A DNA stretch of 64,000 nt from Candidatus Parcubacteria bacterium (GTDB taxonomy: Bacteria > Patescibacteriota > Minisyncoccia > Minisyncoccales > JAGMAB01). Below the pieces are notes generated by a model. That model searched no databases and was not told where the DNA came from. It saw nothing but the letters and a program-made list of their open reading frames with translations. The position numbers and the translations under genes are program-made. The DNA is taken from contig JAGMAB010000001.1 of assembly GCA_023131055.1 (NCBI GenBank), positions 1,486 through 65,485 of the forward strand, read 5' to 3'. Position 1 is the first letter of the stretch; every line of letters starts with the position of its first letter. Below, one piece after another: positions 9,114-18,350 of this stretch.

Positions 9114-9734
9114 ATGAATCCGTTAATCAATTATCTTCTTAGTATAAATATCCTTAAAACGCCGGGAATTATTGAAGCGTTTGAAAAAATTGACAGAAAA
9201 GATTTTGTTCCAGAAGAATTGAAAAAAGAAGCTTATTATGACAGGCCATTGCCTATTGGTTTTGGCCAGACAATTTCTCAGCCATTGGTTGTGGCGTTTA
9301 TGTTAGAACAGCTTCAGCCAAAATTAGATGATAAAATTCTGGATATTGGAACCGGCTCTGGCTGGACAACAGCTTTACTGGCTGAAATCGTTGGCCCAAA
9401 AGGTAAAGTGATAGCGATAGAACTTGTTTCTGAACTTATGGAGTTCGGTAAAAATAATGTGGCAAAATATAATTTTATAGAAAAGGGGCTCGTGGAATTT
9501 ATTTGCGCTGACGGTTCAAAAGGATACAAGCAAGAAGCGTGTTTTGACAAAATTCTTGCTTCGGCAAGCGCCCAGAAACAAATTCCTAATGCTTGGAAAG
9601 AACAGGTAAAAATAGGAGGCAGAATTGTCACGCCAGTGAGTTCTTCAATTTGGCTGTTTGTCAAAAAAAGCCAAGACAAATTTGAAGAAACCGAATATCC
9701 CGGTTTCGCCTTTGTGCCATTAATAGAAAAGTAA
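9114..9734 (+). CDS. pcm: protein-L-isoaspartate O-methyltransferase
   Basis: GQTISQP and LDIGTGSGWTTALLAEIVG motifs. Confidence 0.85.
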   Translation: MNPLINYLLSINILKTPGIIEAFEKIDRKDFVPEELKKEAYYDRPLPIGFGQTISQPLVVAFMLEQLQPKLDDKILDIGTGSGWTTALLAEIVGPKGKVIAIELVSELMEFGKNNVAKYNFIEKGLVEFICADGSKGYKQEACFDKILASASAQKQIPNAWKEQVKIGGRIVTPVSSSIWLFVKKSQDKFEETEYPGFAFVPLIEK

Positions 9735-9743
9735 TTTTATTTG

Positions 9744-10673
9744 ATGAGAAAATTTTTAATTATATTTATTTTATCCTTTGTATTTTTTTTCTTTTTTATT
9801 TCCTGGATTACCCCTTGTTATAAAAATGGTCTTTTTGAAGTGGAGCAAGGGCAGGGTTTGTGTCAAATAGCGGAAAATCTAAAAAAGCAGGGATTTATCC
9901 AGATGGAATTTCCCTTTTATAGTTATGTTTTATTAAAGGGCAAGTCCCAAAATCTGAAATCAGGAGTTTATTTATTTACCGCTTATGACACATTTTTAAG
10001 CATTGCTGAAAAAATAATTTCTGACGAAGCGATTAAAATGAAAATTACCATTATTGAAGGATGGAAAATAATAGATATCGGCGGCTATTTAGAAGATAAA
10101 GGCATTGTTTCTCGGGCTAAACATTTTTACGGCTTGGGTTCAGAGTTGCGCAATAAAGATTTTTCTCTTGATTTTGTTTTTTTAGAGGATGTAAATATAA
10201 AGGGAGTAATGGGATTAGAGGGATTTCTTTTTCCCGACACTTATGAAATCAATCCGGGAATGGGCATTACCAAGATAGTTGAAAAAATGCTTAATAATTT
10301 TGACAAAAAATTGACGCTGGAAATAAGACAAGAAATTGAAAAACAAAACAAAACAATTTTTGACATTGTAACAATGGCTTCTTTAATTGAAAAAGAAGTA
10401 AAAACAAAACAAGACAAAGAACTTGTTTCTGGAATTTTATGGAAACGGCTGGAAATAAATATGCCTTTACAAGTAGATTGTGAACTTAAAACATATGAAA
10501 ACCTAGGTCTTCCAATAGGTCCGATTTGTAATCCGGGGCTTAAAAGCATAATCGCGGCAATTGAGCCAAAACACAGCGAGTATTTGTATTATCTTTCCAC
10601 TCCTGAAGGAGAAACAATTTTTAGCAAAACATTAGAAGAGCATAACATAGCCAAAGCAAAGTATTTAAAGTAA
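9744..10673 (+). CDS. mltG: endolytic murein transglycosylase (YceG family)
   Basis: N-terminal TM and YceG motifs (EGFLFPDTYE, ASLIEKE). ATG 9744 preferred over TTG 9741. Confidence 0.8.
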   Translation: MRKFLIIFILSFVFFFFFISWITPCYKNGLFEVEQGQGLCQIAENLKKQGFIQMEFPFYSYVLLKGKSQNLKSGVYLFTAYDTFLSIAEKIISDEAIKMKITIIEGWKIIDIGGYLEDKGIVSRAKHFYGLGSELRNKDFSLDFVFLEDVNIKGVMGLEGFLFPDTYEINPGMGITKIVEKMLNNFDKKLTLEIRQEIEKQNKTIFDIVTMASLIEKEVKTKQDKELVSGILWKRLEINMPLQVDCELKTYENLGLPIGPICNPGLKSIIAAIEPKHSEYLYYLSTPEGETIFSKTLEEHNIAKAKYLK

Positions 10674-10678
10674 TGGTG

Positions 10679-10800
10679 TTGACAAAGGATTGATAATTTA
10701 CTAAACTAATAATACTGCAGACAAGGGGCATAAAATTAAGACCTCTCGAGGTAAAAAGTTTTTAACATTGTCTGCGGTAAAACGCGGATTTTTTAATTTT
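10679..10800 (+). promoter_or_regulatory. promoter (TTGACA-17-TAAACT) plus candidate L10 (rplJ) leader helix
   Basis: TTGACA starts at 10679. Downstream helix CTGCAGACAA...TTGTCTGCGG encloses about 60 nt directly before rplJ. Autoregulatory L10 leaders are known in many bacteria. Confidence 0.4.
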
Positions 10801-10805
10801 ATATC

Positions 10806-11318
10806 ATGGCACTTACAAAGGAACAAAAACAAAATATTCTGGAGGATTTAGAAGAAAAAATTAAAAAACAAAAAGCGCTTATTTTTGTTGATTTTACCGG
10901 TGTAAAAGTAAAAAACCTTTCTGAATTAAGAAAAGAATTAAAAAGCAATGAAAACGAGTTAAAAGTAGCTAAAAAAACTTTAATGAACATTGCTTTAAAG
11001 AAACTGGGAATAGAGATTGAACCGGATAAATTAAAAGGAGAAATCGGTTTAACATTTGGATATAAAGACGGATTGTCTTTGGCTAAGACAATTTATCAGT
11101 TTTCTTTAAAAAACGAGAATTTGAAAATTTTAGGAGGTTATTTTGAAAAGAAGTTTTTGGATGCCGAGCAAATTATTGAATTAGCTAAATTACCAAGCAA
11201 AGAAGAACTTTTGGCAAGATTTGTCGGCAGTATTTCTAGTCCAATATCAAATTTTGTAAATGTTTTACAAGGAAACATTAAAGGTCTGATATATACATTA
11301 AAACAAATTAAAGTATAA
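10806..11318 (+). CDS. rplJ: 50S ribosomal protein L10
   Basis: 170-aa ORF with typical L10 N-terminus ([31 protein letters not shown]), upstream of rplL. Confidence 0.9.
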   Translation: MALTKEQKQNILEDLEEKIKKQKALIFVDFTGVKVKNLSELRKELKSNENELKVAKKTLMNIALKKLGIEIEPDKLKGEIGLTFGYKDGLSLAKTIYQFSLKNENLKILGGYFEKKFLDAEQIIELAKLPSKEELLARFVGSISSPISNFVNVLQGNIKGLIYTLKQIKV

Positions 11319-11322
11319 AATT

Positions 11323-11898
11323 ATGGTTGAAGAACAAAAAAAAGAAGAAGTAAAACCAGAAGAACAAAAAGAAAAACAAAAAGAAGAATTAAAGGAAGAG
11401 CCTAAAGAAGAGATAAAAGAACAGCCTAAAGAGGAACCTAAAGCAGAGAAAAAAGAAGAGAAAAAAGAAGAGAAAGAAGAGAAAAAGGAAGAAAAGCCGG
11501 TTAAGATTCCGGAAAAGTTTAAGAAATTAGTTGAAGAAATTGAAAAAATGAGTGTTTTGGATTTATCTGAATTGGTAAAGATTTTAGAAAAAAAGTTCGG
11601 GGTTTCAGCGGCTGCTCCGGCAGCAGCGGCGGCTCCGGCAGGAGCTGTCCCGCCAAGCGGGACGCCAGCAGAAGAAAAAAGTGTCTTTAATATTGAGTTG
11701 AAAGAAATAGGCGATAAAAAAATTGAAGTGATTAAAGCAGTAAGGGATATTACTCAAAAGGGCTTAAAAGAATCCAAGGATTTGGTTGACGCTGCTGCTA
11801 AGGAACCTCAAACAGTGAAAGAAAATGTCAAGAAAGAGGAAGCAGAAGAAATAAAGAAAAAATTTGAAGCAGCAGGCGCCAAAGTGGAATTGAAATAA
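11323..11898 (+). CDS. rplL: 50S ribosomal protein L7/L12 with a ~60-aa K/E-rich N-terminal extension
   Basis: Canonical dimerisation domain, Ala/Pro hinge ([13 protein letters not shown]) and C-terminal domain ([12 protein letters not shown]...AGAKVELK), preceded by [22 protein letters not shown].... Confidence 0.9.
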   Translation: MVEEQKKEEVKPEEQKEKQKEELKEEPKEEIKEQPKEEPKAEKKEEKKEEKEEKKEEKPVKIPEKFKKLVEEIEKMSVLDLSELVKILEKKFGVSAAAPAAAAAPAGAVPPSGTPAEEKSVFNIELKEIGDKKIEVIKAVRDITQKGLKESKDLVDAAAKEPQTVKENVKKEEAEEIKKKFEAAGAKVELK

Positions 11899-11916
11899 AC
11901 TACTGAAATAAAACTT

Positions 11917-11947
11917 AAACCCGACCTCATAACAGGGCCGGGTTTTT
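11917..11947. terminator. bidirectional terminator hairpin between convergent genes
   Basis: AAACCCG...CGGGTTT stem with a flanking T-run, between the rplL stop and the stop of the minus-strand 530-aa gene. Confidence 0.55.
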
Positions 11948-11962
11948 GTATAATCTTCTTTT

Positions 11963-13555
11963 TTAAAATTGTACTTGATAAACTTTTGAGTTGTTTAAGA
12001 GGTGAATTGTTTTTCCATCACCGGAAACAGCAAAATCCAGAAGATTGTCAAATTTTTCGTTCTGGAATTGTTTAATAATTTGACCATCTTTATCTAAAAT
12101 AACTATTCTTTTTTCACAAGGTTCTAAAACATAAAGATAGGGGAGCGTTTCAAGAGTAAAAATTCGCGAGAAATTTTCAGGAAAAGGAGAAATATCTAAA
12201 ACAAAGGTTTCCTGGATTTTTCCGGCATAATATCTGTTTATAGAGTTATCCTGATTAAGAATCCAAATGCTTCCGTCTATTGCTATTGATTTTGCTCCAA
12301 TCAATGAATCAGATTTTGTCCAAACTTTTGGCTCTGCCCAAATTTGCTCTCCTAATAAAGCATATTTTATTATTTCACCGTCTATATTATTCAAAGAATA
12401 AAGGTTTGAATTGTAATCGCAAAAGATGTTAGATTCAAAATTCTCAGGAGCATTTTCTTTTAAAACAGACATTTTTTTAGAAATAAACTCATTTTCATCA
12501 AAATCCTGTACTATTAATAGTTCTTTTGCTCCTAAATCTAATTTTGTTTGTTCTTCTTTTGCTTGAAAAACAAAAAATCCAGTAGCAAGTAATAAAATAA
12601 AAATTGAAATTAGAATTAATTTCTTGTTTCTAATCAAATTGTTGAAATTTTGCTTTACTTTCAGACCAAAATTTTGACAAAGAATTTTAATTCTTTTGAA
12701 CAAAGTAAAATTAAAATGGGGAATAGCGATTTGGATTTTTGGAGGCCATTTCAAAGGAAATCCTTTAGTTATTTTCTTAACAGATATAATCTCTCTTTTT
12801 TGCGTTTTGGTTTCTTTACTTAAAGAAATTAACAAACAAACTCCTGAAATTTTCAAAAGTTCTTGTTTTTTATTATTTAAAATTTGTTTAATCTTATTGC
12901 TAAAATCCGGGTCAAATGGTTTTGTTTTTGCAATTTCAGATAATATATTTTGGCCTGCCCGCCCAAATTTTCCTTCAGAAAACTTAGGCGGGCTTTGAAA
13001 AAATTCAGAGACCTCTTTAGTCAAAATTAAAATCTGGTCATTTTCAATTAATTTTCCGGAAACAATATTGCCGAATATTTTTAAAGGATAAGGTTCAATT
13101 TCATCAAAATTTAATTTTTGGTCAATATCAATAATTTCTCCTTCTCTTAATAATAAAATTTTTAAATCATTGATTTTTGTAAAATTTAAATCGCCTTGCC
13201 CGTTTTTTTGCGAAAAATTTATGGAAAAAACAGCAAAACTCAAATTGCCCAGCCAGCCGACATTTCCTTTTTTAGATAAATCTTCTAAAAATTCGTTTGC
13301 TCTTTTTAAACCTTCTTTAAGTGATTTTTCCGGCGACACAACTAATGAGCTATAATATCTTTCTTTAATTAAATCAGACATTTGGTCTAAAAGCTTTAAG
13401 TTTTGACCGGCAACATTTTTTAGAACGCCTACCATATATAAACTTCCTTTTCTTCTTTCATAAATGTTTTCCGGCTCAAAACAAAAACTGTCAAAAATCA
13501 ATTTCTGATTGTCAGAATGCTTTGGCGGATTAAAATGAAACTCAAAAACCTGCAT
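11963..13555 (-). CDS. hypothetical membrane protein (cytoplasmic N-domain, one TM, repeat-rich extracytoplasmic C-domain)
   Basis: 530-aa ORF with central TM LILISIFILLLATGFFVF. No confident family assignment. Confidence 0.6.
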   Translation of the reverse strand: MQVFEFHFNPPKHSDNQKLIFDSFCFEPENIYERRKGSLYMVGVLKNVAGQNLKLLDQMSDLIKERYYSSLVVSPEKSLKEGLKRANEFLEDLSKKGNVGWLGNLSFAVFSINFSQKNGQGDLNFTKINDLKILLLREGEIIDIDQKLNFDEIEPYPLKIFGNIVSGKLIENDQILILTKEVSEFFQSPPKFSEGKFGRAGQNILSEIAKTKPFDPDFSNKIKQILNNKKQELLKISGVCLLISLSKETKTQKREIISVKKITKGFPLKWPPKIQIAIPHFNFTLFKRIKILCQNFGLKVKQNFNNLIRNKKLILISIFILLLATGFFVFQAKEEQTKLDLGAKELLIVQDFDENEFISKKMSVLKENAPENFESNIFCDYNSNLYSLNNIDGEIIKYALLGEQIWAEPKVWTKSDSLIGAKSIAIDGSIWILNQDNSINRYYAGKIQETFVLDISPFPENFSRIFTLETLPYLYVLEPCEKRIVILDKDGQIIKQFQNEKFDNLLDFAVSGDGKTIHLLNNSKVYQVQF

Positions 13556-13612
13556 GATTATAGTATATCATATCCTTTTTTAATTAAAATAAAAATGATA
13601 CAATGATTTAAT

Positions 13613-13685
13613 GGACGGTTGGCTCAATGGTTAGAGCGTCGCGTTCACATCGCGGAGGTTACAGGTTCAACTCCTGTACCGTCCA
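13613..13685 (+). tRNA. tRNA-Val (anticodon CAC)
   Basis: Acceptor GGACGGT/ACCGTCC, D-arm GCTC..GAGC, anticodon loop TTCACAT, T-arm ACAGG-TTCAACT-CCTGT. Confidence 0.9.
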
Positions 13686-13695
13686 CATTTTAATT

Positions 13696-14040
13696 ATGTT
13701 TTTGAAATCGCTAAAACCAAATGAAAAAATTAAGTGGACACAGCATTCTAAAGGAAAAATGCGCCAGTATCAGTTGTCAGAAAAAAGGGTCTTAAGGGTT
13801 TTAAGGAAACCAGATAGAAAAGAATATGGCATAGCTCCAAAAACAATTGCTGTTATGCAAACTACCGGCAGTAAAAAGCATCCAACTGAAATTTGGTTAA
13901 TGTACCAAACAATCAAATCAATAATCAGAATAATCAGTACTTGGAGATATCCTGGTGTAAGTCCAAAAGGCAAATCCCTGCCAATTCCGGATGATATTCT
14001 TAATGAGCTGGACAATTTGATAAAAAACAAGGAGAATTAA
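13696..14040 (+). CDS. hypothetical basic protein
   Basis: Start moved to ATG 13696 (MFLKSLKPNEK...) because the longer ORF overlaps tRNA-Val. Confidence 0.45.
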   Translation: MFLKSLKPNEKIKWTQHSKGKMRQYQLSEKRVLRVLRKPDRKEYGIAPKTIAVMQTTGSKKHPTEIWLMYQTIKSIIRIISTWRYPGVSPKGKSLPIPDDILNELDNLIKNKEN

Positions 14041-14047
14041 AGAAACT

Positions 14048-14383
14048 ATGGATTTTACAAAAGTTTTTGGCTGGCTTTTATTGTCAGCCGGCATAATAAT
14101 AATTATTTACACATTGTATTCTTCTTATAATATTTTTACCGGGCAGACAGACGCGCCTGAAATTTTTGAAATGGAAAAGCAAGAATCTTTGGTTCAAGGA
14201 AGCGGAATTCAAGACATACAAGCCCAAATGCAGGAGATGTTGGGCGAACAGCTAAAAGGGTTTATTCCAGCTGACACTTTGCCTAAAATACTTAATTTAA
14301 GTATTTGGACTATGTTAGCAGGTCTTCTAATTTTTGGCGGAAGCCAAATTTCTAATCTCGGAATTAAGTTGGTAAAAAAATGA
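14048..14383 (+). CDS. small two-TM membrane protein
   Basis: 111-aa ORF with hydrophobic N- and C-terminal helices. Overlaps the next gene by 4 nt. Confidence 0.5.
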   Translation: MDFTKVFGWLLLSAGIIIIIYTLYSSYNIFTGQTDAPEIFEMEKQESLVQGSGIQDIQAQMQEMLGEQLKGFIPADTLPKILNLSIWTMLAGLLIFGGSQISNLGIKLVKK

Positions 14384-14757
14384 ATACCTTCATTCAATGG
14401 CTTTCTTGGCAATTTTTTGAAATGCCTCAAAATATCTTAAGCGCCTGGCGAAATTTTCTTTTGTTTAATTTAAATTATTTCTCTATTCCTTTATTGCTTA
14501 GAACATTTTTCTCTCCTTGGCGAAAATACAAATGGTCTTATGGCAAGGGTTTTGATTTTGCGAAGTATATTGAGGTATTTTTTTCTAATTTTATTTCCCG
14601 TGTCATCGGAGCAATATTAAGAACTTTTTTAATAATTATCGGAATAATAATAGAAATTTTTATAATTTTCATTGGCGCTTTTGTATTTTTAGCATGGTTA
14701 ATTTTACCCATGCTTTTAATTTTTGGAATTTATTATGGCTGTAAAATTTTCTTTTGA
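14380..14757 (+). CDS. small membrane protein
   Basis: 125-aa ORF with a strongly hydrophobic C-terminal half, translationally coupled into the Hsp100-like gene. Confidence 0.5.
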   Translation: MNTFIQWLSWQFFEMPQNILSAWRNFLLFNLNYFSIPLLLRTFFSPWRKYKWSYGKGFDFAKYIEVFFSNFISRVIGAILRTFLIIIGIIIEIFIIFIGAFVFLAWLILPMLLIFGIYYGCKIFF

Positions 14758-17218
14758 TTTAAAAAACACAGCGATTTTTCAGGCAGTCAAATGGGGAAAT
14801 CATCCTGCTTTTAGATTTATCAGTTTTTTTAAAACAGTATTTTTACTGTTGTTTGTTATCTTTTTTGGATTTTTTTTATACGGTTTTATTCCAAACAAAT
14901 TTCCTGCTGAACTTTGTTCAAGATTATTAGGACTAAGTTTAATTCTTTTTGTTTTTTATATTGGTTTTTGCCTAAAAGAAAGTTTTTTTAATTCCAAATT
15001 TAAAAAACCAAAATTAAAGATAAAAATCTCTGACGCAATAAAAAACCATGGAAACCACAATTTAGCTGAATTTTTAAGTTATGAAACAGCTAAAGCAGTT
15101 TGGAAATCACAAAGCAACCCTAATAGTGTTGCGCATAATCTTCTTGTTTATAATCCTGAGCTTAGTTTTGTATTTTCCCGCGCTCTATTAAATCTAAATA
15201 AAATTAAAAAAACATTAAAAGCCCAAATTGGCAGAGAACTGTTATCCGCTAACTTTCAGAATATAATTCTTGAAGCGCTAAAAATCGCCGATAAAAACCA
15301 GCATCAAAGAATTGAAATAGGGGATATGCTTTCTGCTTTGGCAAAGCAGAATTTGATTTTCAAAAAAATTCTCATTAAGGCAAAAATCAAAGCCCAGGAT
15401 ATTGAAAACTTGTGTTTATGGCTTCAAAGACAAAAAGAAAAAATGAGGGAAAAGAAAAAATTCTGGGAATGGAAAAATTTAATCAAAAAAGGGTCTCTGG
15501 CAAAAGCATGGGCATCCGGCTATACTATTGTCTTGGATAAGTATTCAAATGATTTGTCAAAAATAGTAAAACAGCAAGGTTTTCCTGAAATAGTCGGACG
15601 GAAAAAAGAAATTAAAGCGATAGAAAGAATTTTATCCAAACAAAGAATTAACAATGTTATGTTAATAGGCGAGCCGGGAACCGGTCGGAAAAGCATAATT
15701 AGCGCTTTAGCCAAAAGAAGCTTATTGGGTGAAAGTTCGGCAAGAGTAAATTTCAAAAGAGTGGTTCAATTGGACTTGCCAAAAATCTTGGCGCAGACAA
15801 AAAGCCGGGAAGAAATAGAAAGTATTTTAGATACTATATTTAAAGAAGCGGTTGAAGCGGGAAATGTTATTTTAGTGATTGACAACTTTCATAATTTTGT
15901 TGATATTTCCGGCATTTTAGGTTCTTATCTGCGTTCTCCTAAATTTCAAATTGTCGCTATTACTACTTTTTCAGGCCTTCATAAATACATTGAAGAAAAA
16001 CAGGGAATTTTAGCTATGTTTGAGAAAGTAGAGGTTTCAGAAACTTCAGAAAAAGAAACTTTGATGATTTTACAAAACCTGTGTATAGGATTTGAACAAA
16101 AATACAAAAAGTTTATTAGTTTTCCCGCGCTTCGCGACATTATAAATCTTTCTTTGTGTTATGAACCGACAGTTCCTTTCCCCAAGAAAGCGATTGATTT
16201 ATTGGATGGAGTAATGGCTTATGTGTCTCAAACAAAAGACAAAATTGTTTTGCCTAAACATATAGCTGAAATTGTTTCTGAAAAAACTGAAATTCCGGTC
16301 GGAGAAGTGAGAGCTGAAGAAAAAGAAATTTTACTGAATTTAGAAAATTTAATTCATCAACGAATTATTAACCAGGAAAAAGCGGTTAGAGAAGTTTCTA
16401 CGGCTTTAAGAAGAGCCAGAGCGGGAATTAGCGGTAAAAAGGCTACAATGGGCAATTTTCTCTTTTTAGGGCCTACTGGCGTGGGAAAAACAGAAACCTC
16501 TAAAGTTTTAACGAATATATACTTTGGAAGCAAGGCAAAAATGATACGGCTTGATATGTCAGAATTTCAAGCGATAAAAGATATTCCTCGGTTGATTGGC
16601 TCGCCGGGACAGGAAGGATTACTTACTACTCTTGTTAAAGAAAATCCTTTTTCTTTAATTCTGCTTGATGAAATTGAAAAAGCCCATCCAAATATCTTAA
16701 ATTTGTTTTTACAGGTTTTAGACGAGGGCCATCTTACCGACGGTCTTGGCAGAAAAGTTATTTTTAGAAATACAATAATCATTGCCACTTCTAACGCAGG
16801 TTATAAAATAATCTTGGAAGCTCTGAAACAAAAAACCGAATGGTCAAATGTTAAGCAAAAACTTCTTGATTTTCTTTTTGAAAAAGCTATTTTCAGGCCG
16901 GAATTTATCAACCGATTTGACGCGGTTATAGTTTTTAGGCCTTTAACTAAAGAAAATCTTTTAGACATTGCCCAATTAATGCTTGAAAAATTAAAGAAAA
17001 ATCTTAAACAAAAAGACATTGAATTTATAATCACTGAACAGGTCAAAGAAAAAATCAGCGAGTTAGGTTATAACCCGGTTTTTGGAGCCAGAGCAATGAA
17101 AAGAGTTATTCAGGATAAAATAGAAAATGTTTTAGCCAAAGCGATTTTATCAGGGGAACTAAAAAGAGGGGACAGGGTAGAAATCAACCCGGAATTTAAA
17201 CTAATAATCAATCATTAA
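14735..17218 (+). CDS. membrane-anchored Clp/Hsp100-family AAA+ ATPase (degenerate D1, canonical D2)
   Basis: N-terminal TM helices. D1 reads LIGEPGTGRKS / VILVIDNFH. D2 reads LGPTGVGKTE / LILLDEIEKAH / RPEFINRFD. ATG 14735 preferred over TTG 14723. Confidence 0.85.
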   Translation: MAVKFSFDLKNTAIFQAVKWGNHPAFRFISFFKTVFLLLFVIFFGFFLYGFIPNKFPAELCSRLLGLSLILFVFYIGFCLKESFFNSKFKKPKLKIKISDAIKNHGNHNLAEFLSYETAKAVWKSQSNPNSVAHNLLVYNPELSFVFSRALLNLNKIKKTLKAQIGRELLSANFQNIILEALKIADKNQHQRIEIGDMLSALAKQNLIFKKILIKAKIKAQDIENLCLWLQRQKEKMREKKKFWEWKNLIKKGSLAKAWASGYTIVLDKYSNDLSKIVKQQGFPEIVGRKKEIKAIERILSKQRINNVMLIGEPGTGRKSIISALAKRSLLGESSARVNFKRVVQLDLPKILAQTKSREEIESILDTIFKEAVEAGNVILVIDNFHNFVDISGILGSYLRSPKFQIVAITTFSGLHKYIEEKQGILAMFEKVEVSETSEKETLMILQNLCIGFEQKYKKFISFPALRDIINLSLCYEPTVPFPKKAIDLLDGVMAYVSQTKDKIVLPKHIAEIVSEKTEIPVGEVRAEEKEILLNLENLIHQRIINQEKAVREVSTALRRARAGISGKKATMGNFLFLGPTGVGKTETSKVLTNIYFGSKAKMIRLDMSEFQAIKDIPRLIGSPGQEGLLTTLVKENPFSLILLDEIEKAHPNILNLFLQVLDEGHLTDGLGRKVIFRNTIIIATSNAGYKIILEALKQKTEWSNVKQKLLDFLFEKAIFRPEFINRFDAVIVFRPLTKENLLDIAQLMLEKLKKNLKQKDIEFIITEQVKEKISELGYNPVFGARAMKRVIQDKIENVLAKAILSGELKRGDRVEINPEFKLIINH

Positions 17219-17240
17219 ATTGAAAAAGTTTTAATAAAAA

Positions 17241-17415
17241 AATCTTCAGGCATCTCGCCTCAGGGGACACGCAGTCAGCTAATTATAGAATAGAATTTAG
17301 TTTCAGCTGCTGCTGTTTCTCGCCAAGCCATAATATCTTAAAAGAAAACACAGACCTATTCTTGGGCTTGACTGCGAAGCGTCCCCTTCAACGAGTTGCC
17401 TTCAGATTTATTTTT
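17241..17415 (+). ncRNA. candidate rod-like structured RNA (unclassified; 6S-like is one hypothesis)
   Basis: The 5' and 3' ends pair over a long range: AAATCT..AGGCA/TGCCT..AGATTT, CTCG/CGAG, GGGGAC/GTCCCC, CGCAGTCA/TGACTGCG, AGAATAG/CTATTCT. Ends in a T-run. Lies in a 245-nt gap between CDSs. Confidence 0.4.
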
Positions 17416-17464
17416 CAATGAGAAAATTTCAGAAATATTTAAAAATTACAAAAGATTTACTTTT

Positions 17465-17800
17465 ATGGTTAAAAAAAGAATTCCAAAAAAAATAATTAGA
17501 GTAGTTAGAGATTATACTAAACGATTGGAAGAACAAGATAAAATTCCTATAAAAAAGGTAATAATTTTCGGTTCCTACGCTAAGGGAAATCCTCATAAGT
17601 GGAGTGATGTTGATGTTTGTATTATTTCTCCAAAGTTTAAGGATACTATGAAAGTTTTGCAATTTTTATTGATAAAAAGAAATAGAGAAGAAGTAATGGC
17701 TGGTTTAGAACCAATAGGTTTTTCAGGCAAGGATTTTAGAGAAGGAAGCAGTTTAATTCAAGAAATCAAAAAAACAGGTATTACTCTTGACAAATTTTGA
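17465..17800 (+). CDS. minimal nucleotidyltransferase (MNT-type, Pol-beta superfamily)
   Basis: VIIFGSYAKGNPHKWSDVDVCIIS matches the GS...DxD nucleotidyltransferase motif. ATG 17465 preferred. Confidence 0.7.
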   Translation: MVKKRIPKKIIRVVRDYTKRLEEQDKIPIKKVIIFGSYAKGNPHKWSDVDVCIISPKFKDTMKVLQFLLIKRNREEVMAGLEPIGFSGKDFREGSSLIQEIKKTGITLDKF

Positions 17801-17830
17801 GAGGAAAAAGAATTTAAAGTAAAAACACCC

Positions 17831-17854
17831 TATAAGGTGTTTTTGTTATTTTAT
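17831..17854. terminator. bidirectional terminator
   Basis: AAAAACACC-CTATAA-GGTGTTTTT between convergent genes. Confidence 0.55.
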
Positions 17855-17892
17855 TGCAAAGAGATAAAAAAAAGAGGAGTTGAAAAGTCCTC

Positions 17893-18186
17893 TTAAATGT
17901 ATTTTTTTAATGAGCTGAATGAGCTGTTTTTTTTGGGGCGTAGACCGATTATAAATATGGCACCAGCCACAATTATTACGACAATTCCCCACGCGGTATC
18001 TACTATTGCCAGAAATGTCATAGGAAGTGTTTCGCCTGAAAAGGTCAATATTTCAAGACCTTTTATTCCTAATAAGAATGCTATCCCTGACAGTAGAAGG
18101 ATTGTGCCAAGAATTGCGTAAACAACTGCCATTACTGTCATAAACGCTATTTGCGATATCCTTTCCAATTTTACGCTTTCTTCCAT
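17893..18186 (-). CDS. small membrane protein
   Basis: Start placed at the ATG preceded by AAGGAGGTG (MEESVKLERISQ...). Three hydrophobic helices. Confidence 0.55.
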   Translation of the reverse strand: MEESVKLERISQIAFMTVMAVVYAILGTILLLSGIAFLLGIKGLEILTFSGETLPMTFLAIVDTAWGIVVIIVAGAIFIIGLRPKKNSSFSSLKKYI

Positions 18187-18350
18187 TTTTTTTCTTTTCA
18201 CCTCCTTATTTACTTTTTTAAAGTATAGCATTATCACAAAATTTATCAATAGCTCTCATAATTAATTTTTAACCTTTATTTTAGCGTTCTGGGGAAAACC
18301 TGTGGAAAAAACCTTGTTTTAATCGGGATTTTAACCAAGTTTTATTTTAG

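Noticed and set aside
13627-13695. N-terminal extension of ORF 13627-14040
   Set aside because: It overlaps tRNA-Val (13613-13685). ATG 13696 was used instead.
17241-17415. Identity of the structured RNA as SRP RNA, tmRNA or RNase P RNA
   Set aside because: It is too short for tmRNA or RNase P. Neither strand shows the SRP domain IV motif (a GNAR tetraloop flanked by AGCA/GGAA-type loops). It is left unclassified.
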